From a virus (taxonomy: Duplodnaviria > Caudoviricetes), in the IMG/VR virus record IMGVR_UViG_3300037524_000103, positions 1-34,187 of that record: DNA of 34,187 nucleotides. One strand, given 5' to 3'. A program made the translations under genes and the position numbers. This document shows positions 1-8,319 of the stretch, piece after piece. The stretch's first letter is position 1. Each line of letters opens with the position of its first letter. The notes under the pieces were generated by a model that saw only the letters and a program-made list of their open reading frames with translations, ran no database searches and had not been told where the DNA came from.

Positions 1-1301
1 GTCAGGATGTACAGCTCGGTAATCATGTCCTGCAGCTTGCGTGCCGACACGCGTTGCTTCTCGTCGAGTTCTGCGTCCATACGGGACGCGCCGCGCCCGT
101 ACATGGCGTCGACGTTGGCCCGCAGCTTGGCCAGGGCCTGCAGCGTGTTGCTCCCGCTGTACAGCTCGTTGCGCAGCAGCTCGCGTTCCCGCGGACGAAC
201 TTCCTCGTACTGCCCGGTACTGTCCAGCTTCTCCTTCATCAGCTCCGCTTGCGCGACGGTCTCTGCGAAGTCGACGAAGTAGTGCGCCTCGTTGCGCTGC
301 AGCTTCTTGACGGTCTCGTAGTCTTTCGCCTTCTCTGCTGCGACGTACTCCGGGGACTTGGCGACAACGACGTAGTTTCCGTACCGTTTCAACGGAGCGT
401 AGGGCGTCTTGGCGCTGAGCCGCAGTATCGAGCCGAACTGCTTGAGTGCGCCGTCCCTGTCCTTCTCGTAGCGCTTAACCGCTGCTTTGTCGTCGCGGTC
501 CTTGGCGTCCTTGATCAGCGCGTCGTATTCCGACGAGACTGCATCCCGCACCGTCTGCTTTTTCAGGTCGAGCGTGTAGTTGCCGAAACGGAAGATGTCG
601 CGCACGAAGTCCTGGGCGTCCTTGGGTAGCGCACCGAACCGCTCGGCCATAGCGGCGTCTACAGAGTAATCCCCCTCCTCCAACCAATCCGGCTTGAACG
701 CCCACTTGCCTTCGCGCGTGCTGTCGTACAGCAGCTTGTTGACAGCACCTTCCTGCCCCTTCATCGCATCCGGCAGTTGCGCGTAGCGGTCGACAAACGT
801 CGATACCTTCTGCTCGTGCTCGCCGACAAAGTACGCCTTCTGGTTGTGCCAGCCGCTGTACGCCTTGGCCGAAGGCAGCCCGAGCCTCACTGCGCGGTCG
901 AGCAGGTCCGTCGTGAACGTCCAGGTGTTGAGCGCCTTGCGCTGCCAGTGACGAAGCGTTTTCACGATATGCCGAGCCGACGCGCGCAGCGATGGCGGGA
1001 GCTTCTCGGTCTCCTTGTTGAACAACGCCTCGACGTTCGTGCGCAGGTGGGGAGGAGCCTCCACCGAGTACAGCATGGGCGATGCCTTGCCCTTGAACAC
1101 GCTGGGGTGCTGCTGCTTGAGCAGCGCCTCCATCTCCACACGCTCTGCCCGGATGTCAGCCAACGCGTCGGCGGCAGCGATACCTTGCGCCTTCTCGGCG
1201 GGAACGCCCGCGGCCATCAACTCATCGACACGCGCGAGCAGCGAGTCGCGGTCCGAGTCCGGCAACTTCGTGGCGATTGAAACGCAAGAGCGAATGTCCA
1301 T
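1..1301 (-). CDS. Large polyvalent internal virion protein with PLxRFG-like domain (partial; runs off left edge)
   Basis: Not in the ORF track (no stop in window). ATG at 1301 gives MDIRSCVSIATKLPDSDRDSLLARVDELMAAG..., open to base 1; contains PYAPLKRYGNY (~372-404), matching the PLxRFG signature. Confidence 0.8.
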   Translation of the reverse strand, partial: MDIRSCVSIATKLPDSDRDSLLARVDELMAAGVPAEKAQGIAAADALADIRAERVEMEALLKQQHPSVFKGKASPMLYSVEAPPHLRTNVEALFNKETEKLPPSLRASARHIVKTLRHWQRKALNTWTFTTDLLDRAVRLGLPSAKAYSGWHNQKAYFVGEHEQKVSTFVDRYAQLPDAMKGQEGAVNKLLYDSTREGKWAFKPDWLEEGDYSVDAAMAERFGALPKDAQDFVRDIFRFGNYTLDLKKQTVRDAVSSEYDALIKDAKDRDDKAAVKRYEKDRDGALKQFGSILRLSAKTPYAPLKRYGNYVVVAKSPEYVAAEKAKDYETVKKLQRNEAHYFVDFAETVAQAELMKEKLDSTGQYEEVRPRERELLRNELYSGSNTLQALAKLRANVDAMYGRGASRMDAELDEKQRVSARKLQDMITELYIL

Positions 1302-1304
1302 GAG

Positions 1305-2036
1305 TTACTCCAAAAGCCCCGCGGTTAGCGCTGCAACCGCAGTTGCGATTATCAACTTGTTCTGCGCAAGAACGTCTACCTTCCTAGCGCGACGCGGCGG
1401 TACGGTTCGCCAGGACTTGAGACGCTGTGAGCCGCCCGCGAAGTTTGGGTGGCCCACGAACGCGGAGCCTGCGCCAGCGAATGTGTCTGCGCCTATCTCG
1501 GACACCGACATCTCGCCCTGGACCAGCACCTTGCCACTGATGCCGGGTAGCACGTACTCCTTCTCGACGTACCCTGTCTCGACGTAGCCACCCAGTTCAT
1601 CGGCGCCAGTCTCGACGGCGGCCATCTCTCCGGTAACGATCTCGATGACGGGTACTGTCCCCGTCGCGGCGAACGTGTCCTCGACTTCGCCCTCGTAGGC
1701 GTCCAGCGAACCGGAAACCGGCACGGTGCCCGTAGCTGTGATGGTGTCCGCGCCAGTCTCGGTAACGGCGAGCGTGCCAGAGACAAGCACGTCTCCCGTG
1801 GACTCGAACGTATCCGAGCCGGTCTCTGTGGCTGCCAGAGTCCCGGTGATGGCTGAAGCGGATACCGTGCCGCTGGCTGCGAAAGTGTCGGCTCCGGTCT
1901 CATTGACGGCCAACGCCCCCGCGACAATGACGTCGCCGGACGCGGAGAATGTGTCTGCGCCAGTCTCAGTGGCTGACAGACTCCCGGTGGAGCTGCCGCC
2001 CCCAGGAGGTGGAGGAAACAGCAGCAGAACAGACAC
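1305..2036 (-). CDS. Repeat-containing virion fibre/stalk protein (243 aa)
   Basis: GTG start just after the upstream stop; LLLF-PPPPGGG leader; seven ~22-aa repeats of the form G-x-L-x-x-x-E-T-G-A-D-T-F-x-A-x-G-x-V. Confidence 0.75.
   Translation of the reverse strand: MSVLLLFPPPPGGGSSTGSLSATETGADTFSASGDVIVAGALAVNETGADTFAASGTVSASAITGTLAATETGSDTFESTGDVLVSGTLAVTETGADTITATGTVPVSGSLDAYEGEVEDTFAATGTVPVIEIVTGEMAAVETGADELGGYVETGYVEKEYVLPGISGKVLVQGEMSVSEIGADTFAGAGSAFVGHPNFAGGSQRLKSWRTVPPRRARKVDVLAQNKLIIATAVAALTAGLLE
1465..1990 (-). repeat. Seven degenerate ~22-codon coding repeats (ETGADTF motif); boundaries approximate
   Basis: TETGADTFSASG, NETGADTFAASG, TETGSDTFESTG, TETGADTITATG, YEGEVEDTFAATG, VETGADELGG, SEIGADTFAGAG. 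Confidence 0.9.
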
Positions 2037-2039
2037 GGC

Positions 2040-2675
2040 TTACTCGCTAGTGAACACCAGCACGACGTTCACGTTGCCAACCGAACTGTTGGTAGTCTGG
2101 TCTACCTTCAACCCCTGTCCTTCTTTAAGAAGCAGCCCGTTCAACGCTGGGCCGCGGTGGTTGGACAGTGGAATATGGTTCAGTTGGCTCGCCATACCCG
2201 AGTACGGGTTTGTTTCTTCTGATGACCCGTTCAGGTAGAGAAGTGTTGCTGAAGTTGTTGCCCCGCCAGTCGGCTTTGTGCGTGCAGTAACCTGCGCCGG
2301 CAGCGCCGTCGTGTCCGAGGAAGGAGACTGCGGGGTGATCGTGCTACCACCCGTACCGACCGCGCTTGTGCGAATCACTTCGTAAGTCTGTCCTACTCCA
2401 GTCACCGCCGCCAAAGCAGGAATCACATACAGACCAACAACTCGCAGAGTCTTACCGCTTCCGGAGGCGTTGAAGATGTCAACCAGCGTGGTTCTCGCTG
2501 CCGCAACATGCGCCGTGTTCCCAGTGGCCGCGTACCAGGTATCTTTGGATCCCAGCAGATGCCCAGACTCATCTGCAAGCGCGACTACTTGGTACTCTTT
2601 TGAGTTCGCCAAGTGAGTTGCGACCGTCGCGCCAGAGCCAGGCGTGATGGCAATGGAATCGTTGGCTTGGGTCAT
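2040..2675 (-). CDS. Putative virion structural protein, beta-rich (211 aa)
   Basis: T/S/G/A-rich, alternating beta-strand pattern; tightly packed in cassette B. Confidence 0.7.
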   Translation of the reverse strand: MTQANDSIAITPGSGATVATHLANSKEYQVVALADESGHLLGSKDTWYAATGNTAHVAAARTTLVDIFNASGSGKTLRVVGLYVIPALAAVTGVGQTYEVIRTSAVGTGGSTITPQSPSSDTTALPAQVTARTKPTGGATTSATLLYLNGSSEETNPYSGMASQLNHIPLSNHRGPALNGLLLKEGQGLKVDQTTNSSVGNVNVVLVFTSE

Positions 2676-2678
2676 GGA

Positions 2679-3056
2679 TTATGCGTGCGTGATGGTCGCG
2701 GAGCTGATGGTCACGGTCTGGCCAGCAGTGATGTTGGTCGAGTCCAGGTTGATGTCCGACCCGCTCGTACCAACCGTCAGCCCAGTGATGATGTCCGTGC
2801 CCCCCGACGCTGTGCGAATGCGCGCTGCTGCTGCCGTGCCTGAAGCGTCAGCGCTGGTGTCCGACTTCGGGAACCCGCTCAGGGTGAGCACGCCAGCCCC
2901 GGCCGCAGCCCCGGCGATGGGGTTGTTCAACGAGATCGTCGCCAGGACGGATGCCATCGCGGCTGTGCCGATCTCAAGAACTGCCGTGGTGCCGGCGGCG
3001 GTAGTCACAGCGTCCATGCGGGCGCACTTGACGGCATTGGTATAGGTTACGGCCAT
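2679..3056 (-). CDS. Small virion structural protein (125 aa), paralog of 22847..23245
   Basis: GAGGT RBS; C-terminus NITAGQTVTISSATITHA aligns with SIANGQTVTITSFTITRGN. Confidence 0.8.
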   Translation of the reverse strand: MAVTYTNAVKCARMDAVTTAAGTTAVLEIGTAAMASVLATISLNNPIAGAAAGAGVLTLSGFPKSDTSADASGTAAAARIRTASGGTDIITGLTVGTSGSDINLDSTNITAGQTVTISSATITHA

Positions 3057-3069
3057 ATGTACCTCTCAA

Positions 3070-3690
3070 CTATCCATAAAACGACGGACTTTTGAACGGC
3101 GTCGCGTCACGGTCAGACTCGTAGTGCAGGTCGACGAGGATGCCGAACACCTTGTCCGTGATGTTCGTTCCGCCGTTGGTCACGCGCCGCAGGGACACGA
3201 GCAGCAGCTCATCCGGCTCGGTGAAAGTCATTGCGCTCGCCAGATCCACTTCGGCTATCATGTGGCGCCACGCCGTACCCGCCGCTGCTTGCGTCACGGT
3301 CAAGGCAACCGGGGCACCGAAGTTCGCTTGGTTGTGCCCCAGCGCCCGCTGGACGTTGAACTCCCACTTGACTGTGTTGGTCTGCGTTCCGTCCGTGCTC
3401 CAGTGAACGTGCAAGTAGGCGAGCCCGCCCGGCTTGATGTCGTGGTTGACGTGAAACGGGGACAGCCACACGTAGTCGTTCAAGGCGAAGGCGTACTCCT
3501 TGCGCTGCAGTGTGCCGGCCGGGCCGAAGTTCTCAAGGACGGGTGCGGCAGCGCCTAGCGGAGCCCCGAAGACCGGCGCAACGAGATCCTTCCACCCGGG
3601 CGCTGTGCGCAGGTTCAGGTCGACGAAGTTCTCGTCGAGTTCGTTGTGGGTCAGCGGCGATCCCTTGTCGCTGCGCAGCGTGATGGTCAC
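3070..3690 (-). CDS. Putative fibre/spike protein with N-terminal KGSPLT-x-x-E-x-D-x-NF anchor motif (206 aa)
   Basis: MTITLRSDKGSPLTHNELDENFVDLN is a motif I recognise at N-termini of phage fibre proteins; followed by a beta-sandwich-like region; GTGA overlap with upstream gene. Confidence 0.7.
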   Translation of the reverse strand: MTITLRSDKGSPLTHNELDENFVDLNLRTAPGWKDLVAPVFGAPLGAAAPVLENFGPAGTLQRKEYAFALNDYVWLSPFHVNHDIKPGGLAYLHVHWSTDGTQTNTVKWEFNVQRALGHNQANFGAPVALTVTQAAAGTAWRHMIAEVDLASAMTFTEPDELLLVSLRRVTNGGTNITDKVFGILVDLHYESDRDATPFKSPSFYG

Positions 3691-4100
3691 TTCGACTCAC
3701 CCATCGGCGACGCCACAAGCCGGACAAGCTCACCCCCCGCGCCGTACTCCGGCGTGAAGTTCCACGTAGGATGCGAGGGCGCGGCGGGAGCTGCTGGTAG
3801 TCTGTCAAGCTTCGCGGTCAACTCGTCGACGCGTCGGCTCCACCGGGCTTCCTGCTCTGCGAGCAGCCGGTCCACCTCGGCACGCGGCACTCCGGGTTCG
3901 ACGGCAGGAACGGGGGTAGGCGGCGGTACTTCGACGAGCTGCTTGGGCGGCTCGGGGTCCGGCTCGGTGGGCGCGAGGCGCGGTGCGCGCACACGCAGTT
4001 TCTCTGCTGCAGCGTTGATGGTCCTGCCGGACACCGTGACGGTCGACCCGCGCTCCATGGCGAGACGGTGCAGGTCGGCGAGGGACTTGACTGTCTTCAT
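3687..4100 (-). CDS. Hypothetical protein (137 aa, Pro-rich centre and short coiled coil)
   Basis: Fills the gap between the ejection protein and cassette B; 3-nt gap upstream and 4-nt overlap downstream. Confidence 0.75.
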   Translation of the reverse strand: MKTVKSLADLHRLAMERGSTVTVSGRTINAAAEKLRVRAPRLAPTEPDPEPPKQLVEVPPPTPVPAVEPGVPRAEVDRLLAEQEARWSRRVDELTAKLDRLPAAPAAPSHPTWNFTPEYGAGGELVRLVASPMGESK

Positions 4101-4103
4101 CGC

Positions 4104-7100
4104 TCACTTCTTCAGGCAGTCGATGATGGACTTCATGAGCGACTCGCGCTCGTCCAGCTCGCGCATCATATCCTGCGCGTCCGCTGTCATGGTCGCCGTC
4201 TCGCCCGTCTCTGCCACCCGCACCTCGTAGGACAGCTTCTTGCCCTTCAGGTCAGCATACTCGGGCCCCAGATCGGCAAGCGTGCGGTCGGGGATGGGGG
4301 TGCGGATCTCCTCGTCGAGCTGCTCGCTGAACTGCGACTCCTCGCTGGTGTTGTTCTCCGGGTTGTTCAGGACACGGAGGATGTTCTTGTCGTTGAACAC
4401 GACGAAGTTGGTGCCGTCTTCGTAGGTGCCGCCGCGAGTGCTGTTAACGGGATAGCGGATACCTTTGATGCCGATGGAGTCAAGGTACTTGGACACTGCC
4501 TCGTCTTCCGGCAAGTTGCCATCGGCGTACCTTTGCTTGTCGGCTTTGCTCAGGTGCTCGTCGGGCAGCCCGCCTTCTCCTGCAACGGTTTTCAGGTACT
4601 TGTAGAGCGCTTCGCCATCGACGTTGCCGCCTGACCAATCTTCCGCCTCAGACACCCAATCGGCAAACTGCCCGGTAGTAAGAATGCCCTGAACGCGGCC
4701 GCTTTGTTCGTCTACCAGCCTGCTCCAGTCTAGCCACTCGTCGTCGGCGATGTTGAAGTCTGCAGTGTAGAGATTGCCAGCGACGTTTATCCCTTTGGCT
4801 TTTTTCCTCCGAACGTCGCTGTCGCGGTAGTTTTCTCCAACCCCGCGCAACTGACTGAAATACTGACCCCACCCAATGATTCGCCCGCCTTCGCCGCTAC
4901 CCATGTAGTCGTTCTTGAACTGGTGGACGTTGGCTGCAGTGCCGTGCCACTTGCCAGTCACGTTGATGCGCGCCGCACCGTAGCCGAGGTCGATGATGTC
5001 CTGCGGGGTGAGCGTGTCGATCTTGACGCCGAGCTTGCGCAGCGCGACCTTGAACGCGTGCCAGATGGTGCGGAGCATCGCGCCGAGAGGGCCGTCTGCC
5101 TTGGCTGCAGTGGGGTTGATGCCGGAGTTGACGGACTCTTCTAGGAAGTAGGCCACGAGTTCCGACGCGCCCTGCCCTTTGCCGACTTCGGCGGCCTTCA
5201 CGCGCGCAACCGCGCGCTTCGCCAGCGCCGTCTCCAGGCCGTCGCCCTCACGCTTCGACCATGACAGGATCTGCCGCGCGACGTTGGTGAACTTCTCCCC
5301 AGGCAGCAGCCTCTCCATGCCGAGGTGGCCACCGACTTCGTGGAGGAAGATGCCGCGCTCTGCGCCGACGCGCATGCGGTCTGCGATCAAGTACGCCGTA
5401 CCGTCACGCGCGAACGCGACGGGCTTCTTGCCCGACTTCTCCTTGGCGATCAGCTCGTCGATGGCCGCCTTCGGCAAGTACTTCGCGAGATCGCCAACGG
5501 TGTCGACAACGATGACGCGCTTGCCCAACGTGTCGGAGCGCATGAACGCCGTCAACGCATCTTCCAGCGTCTCGGCGGTGTGCATCACATCGCGCTTGTC
5601 GGACCGACGGTCCTGCACCGAGTACTGGTTGTCGTCTTCGTTGTCTGCCTGCTCGGCCGGGGGCTCGCCGCGTGTCGTGTCCGGGGCGGCTTTCTCGAAC
5701 GCGTCTTCCAGGGCCTTGCGGAACGAGGGCGACTTCTCGCGTCGGCGAAGTTCAGTGACGATAGTCTGCAACGCGGCTCTGTCTTGTGCCGCGTTCTTCT
5801 CAACGAACGGCTGCGAGAAGATGTACAGATCGGCGAGCTGCGCGTCGCTCAGCTTATCGAAGCCGATTTCAACCGCAGCGCGGTAGCGGGCGCGTGATGC
5901 CAACGGAGCAGTGACTTTCTTGCTCTCCGTCTTGCCGGCAAACTTTGCGCCCTTCTTCTCGGAGCCCACAGCCTCGTCGGAGTCCGCAGTCGAGTCAGGC
6001 TCGGCAACGATGATGGACGTAGCTTCTTGCGCGGCTTCTTCGGCAAACGACTTGGGCGGAGTTTCGTCCAACCCTTCAGCGCGCTCGTTGGCCTGCGCAT
6101 TGCTGCTCAGCCACTTCCTCCGCACCTGCATGGTCAGGCCCAACGCCTTCATCGCGTTGCTGACGCGGGAGCCACTGTTCTCTCCCAACCCGGCGCGCGC
6201 TGCTGCCTGCTGGTTCGTCAAGCCCTTGTCAAGCCGGTCCGACTGCGCGTCGACACCTAGAGCAAGACGCACAGCGTGGTGCAGGCGCGGGTCGACGGGC
6301 TCAAGGATGTCCTTGACCGCTTTCCAGTCGATGTCCCCGCCGAGTACGGCTCGGCGCTCCTTGGCCCGCTCGGCGACGAGCTGCTGCTCTTTGACGGTGC
6401 GGGTGATCTGCGCCCGACGCGACGGGACTACTGCAGGGGCGCTGGGCTGCCCCACTCCATCAACTGCAGGCGCAGCAGCAGGGGCACGTACTCCATCGGG
6501 AACTCCACGTACTCCGTCTGCTGCAGCAGGTACTCGTCCTGGAGCAGCCACGCCTCCTGCGTCGACAACACCCCCTGCATCACTGCCGACTCCAGCTCCG
6601 GGTCCAGGTACATCTGGAACGCTGACATTGGGTTGCTCCCCTACAAGCAGTTGATTGCCTACGTCCGGCTTGGTGGACGGGGCGACGAGGATCTGCGGCT
6701 GCTTCTGCGGAGCGGCCGGGGCGGGGGCGGGCATCGACCGCGAGACGATGAACTTCTCGACGGCCTTGTAGGCCGCAGGCTTGTCCTGCGCGTCGCGGAT
6801 GGAGGCGAACATGGTGTCACGCTCGTTCTCCGTGACCTGCCCACTTTCTACCAGCCTGTCCAGTTCATCGACGACGCTGCGTGCGCGCTTCTTGCTGTCG
6901 CCCACCTGCTGCACGTATCTTGCGAACTGCTTCTCAGCTTTCTTCGCAACGGGCTGTCCGCGCGTGGACTTCACACTATCCACAGCCGGCAGATCGAGCT
7001 TCGTGTTCCGCGGCGCGTACACACCCGGCGTCATGCTGGGGTTGGCGTCTTCGACGTTCGTCTCTGCCCACAGACCGGCTCGCGCAAGCGCGTCGCCCAT

Positions 7101-8312
7101 AGCCCCACCATCCGACAGGGGAGGCTGCTGCGCCTCGGTGAACGTCTGCTCCGGCACCCCACTGAACAGCCCGAACTGCGGCGTTGCCACCGTGTCCGCT
7201 CCACGTTGGAAGTCAGAGACGTAGCCGCCCAGGTCGTAGGGGTTGAACGCTCCGACAATGCCCGTGTTCGTATCAACAGATGAGAAGTCCGGCTGCGGCT
7301 TCTGCAGGAGGTCGATGGCTTCCGACGCGGCCTGTTCCCGGCGGGCGAATGCTTCTTGTCGTGCCGTCAGCCACTCGGCGATGGAACCAGCGTCCACACC
7401 TTGAGCGCGCGCTTCGCGCACGACAATGTCTTCCGCCTGGGCTCGGATCTTCGCGTCGGGGAACGCCAGCGCGGCATCGAGCTGCTTGGCAGCAGAAGCG
7501 CGGCGCACGTTACCGAATAAGGCAAGCGGGCCCAGAAGCGCAGTCAAGCCGATGGCTCCCTGCGCGGAGTCTTTGGCGATCTCCCAGGCATCCTGCGGCT
7601 GCGCGCCGTACCCACGCTCAACCAGCTCAGTGCCGACGTCCTGGCCAATTTCCGTCACCGGCTGCAGCGCGAAGTTGGCTGCCATGCCCTTGGCGAACGG
7701 CTTGAGTACGGACTGGTTGGTCATGCTGCCGACCACACCGCCCATCGTCTGAGCCCCACCGCCAAGCCACGCAGGCAGCAGAGGCCGCGCAAGGCCCAGC
7801 GCCTTGGCACCGAGATACGTCGCGCCGGCTTCACCAAGACCCTGGATGCCGCCAGTCCAGATACCCGCAGGAGTCGCCTCGTCGTTGGGCACACCCTGTA
7901 GCCGCAGCTTGTCCTCAGTGTCCTGCGCTTGCGAGAAACCAAACAATCCACCGGTCGCTGCGGCACCCAGCAGAGCGCCACCCCCAGGAACAGCCATCGC
8001 TGCAATGCCGGGAGCCATCGGGCCCACTGCTCGACCGCCCTTGATCAGCGTCTCGGCAAACGTCCCGCGCCCGCGCAGGTCAGGCTCCCACCCAGGAGCG
8101 CGCTCATCGGCGCTTTCTACAACGCTGCGGCCGAACTCGTCCAACGACGATCCATCGGGAGCCACGCGGCGCAGGCCCTGCCCGACCATCCGCGGGAGGT
8201 CAACAGCGAAACCCGCGCCGACCTGTCGGCCTACCTCGTAGGCGTCACTCCAGAACGGGCGATCCTCTTCCTTCTTGGAAGGTGCACCAAAGCTGTCGAA
8301 CAGGCTTGGCAT
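4104..8312 (-). CDS. Large ejected internal virion (polyvalent) protein: Gly/Ala-rich N-terminus, HTH, zincin-like metallopeptidase, ADP-ribosyltransferase-like fold (1402 aa)
   Basis: Third and largest gene of the ejection trio; HEVGGH (5325-5342) with downstream ELVAYF; WHGT...GSGEG...GWGQYFS...NFVVF (~4390-4950); LTNQQAAARAGLGENSGSRVS HTH-like segment; AGGT RBS. Confidence 0.85.
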   Translation of the reverse strand: MPSLFDSFGAPSKKEEDRPFWSDAYEVGRQVGAGFAVDLPRMVGQGLRRVAPDGSSLDEFGRSVVESADERAPGWEPDLRGRGTFAETLIKGGRAVGPMAPGIAAMAVPGGGALLGAAATGGLFGFSQAQDTEDKLRLQGVPNDEATPAGIWTGGIQGLGEAGATYLGAKALGLARPLLPAWLGGGAQTMGGVVGSMTNQSVLKPFAKGMAANFALQPVTEIGQDVGTELVERGYGAQPQDAWEIAKDSAQGAIGLTALLGPLALFGNVRRASAAKQLDAALAFPDAKIRAQAEDIVVREARAQGVDAGSIAEWLTARQEAFARREQAASEAIDLLQKPQPDFSSVDTNTGIVGAFNPYDLGGYVSDFQRGADTVATPQFGLFSGVPEQTFTEAQQPPLSDGGAMGDALARAGLWAETNVEDANPSMTPGVYAPRNTKLDLPAVDSVKSTRGQPVAKKAEKQFARYVQQVGDSKKRARSVVDELDRLVESGQVTENERDTMFASIRDAQDKPAAYKAVEKFIVSRSMPAPAPAAPQKQPQILVAPSTKPDVGNQLLVGEQPNVSVPDVPGPGAGVGSDAGGVVDAGGVAAPGRVPAAADGVRGVPDGVRAPAAAPAVDGVGQPSAPAVVPSRRAQITRTVKEQQLVAERAKERRAVLGGDIDWKAVKDILEPVDPRLHHAVRLALGVDAQSDRLDKGLTNQQAAARAGLGENSGSRVSNAMKALGLTMQVRRKWLSSNAQANERAEGLDETPPKSFAEEAAQEATSIIVAEPDSTADSDEAVGSEKKGAKFAGKTESKKVTAPLASRARYRAAVEIGFDKLSDAQLADLYIFSQPFVEKNAAQDRAALQTIVTELRRREKSPSFRKALEDAFEKAAPDTTRGEPPAEQADNEDDNQYSVQDRRSDKRDVMHTAETLEDALTAFMRSDTLGKRVIVVDTVGDLAKYLPKAAIDELIAKEKSGKKPVAFARDGTAYLIADRMRVGAERGIFLHEVGGHLGMERLLPGEKFTNVARQILSWSKREGDGLETALAKRAVARVKAAEVGKGQGASELVAYFLEESVNSGINPTAAKADGPLGAMLRTIWHAFKVALRKLGVKIDTLTPQDIIDLGYGAARINVTGKWHGTAANVHQFKNDYMGSGEGGRIIGWGQYFSQLRGVGENYRDSDVRRKKAKGINVAGNLYTADFNIADDEWLDWSRLVDEQSGRVQGILTTGQFADWVSEAEDWSGGNVDGEALYKYLKTVAGEGGLPDEHLSKADKQRYADGNLPEDEAVSKYLDSIGIKGIRYPVNSTRGGTYEDGTNFVVFNDKNILRVLNNPENNTSEESQFSEQLDEEIRTPIPDRTLADLGPEYADLKGKKLSYEVRVAETGETATMTADAQDMMRELDERESLMKSIIDCLKK
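6428..6628 (-). CDS. Overprinted acidic 66-aa protein nested in the +1 frame of the ejection-protein gene
   Basis: GGGGAG at 6636-6641, 7 nt before ATG; 63 of 66 sense codons end in G/C; host frame here is a low-complexity V/G/A/P/D linker. Confidence 0.8.
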   Translation of the reverse strand: MSAFQMYLDPELESAVMQGVLSTQEAWLLQDEYLLQQTEYVEFPMEYVPLLLRLQLMEWGSPAPLQ

Positions 8313-8319
8313 GTATCAC

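Noticed and set aside
1465-1990. Repeats considered as a CRISPR array or DGR template/variable repeat
   Set aside because: Degenerate in-frame coding repeats without unique spacers; no adenine-specific pair noticed; no cas or reverse transcriptase gene in the window
2038-2051. Possible extra palindrome copy GCTTAC-TC-GCTAGT at a gene junction
   Set aside because: Three mismatches in the right half; the left half is explained by the TAA stop codon
6629-6660. Programmed +1 frameshift from the ejection protein into the nested ORF
   Set aside because: In-frame TAG just upstream of the nested ATG and a well-placed RBS favour independent initiation
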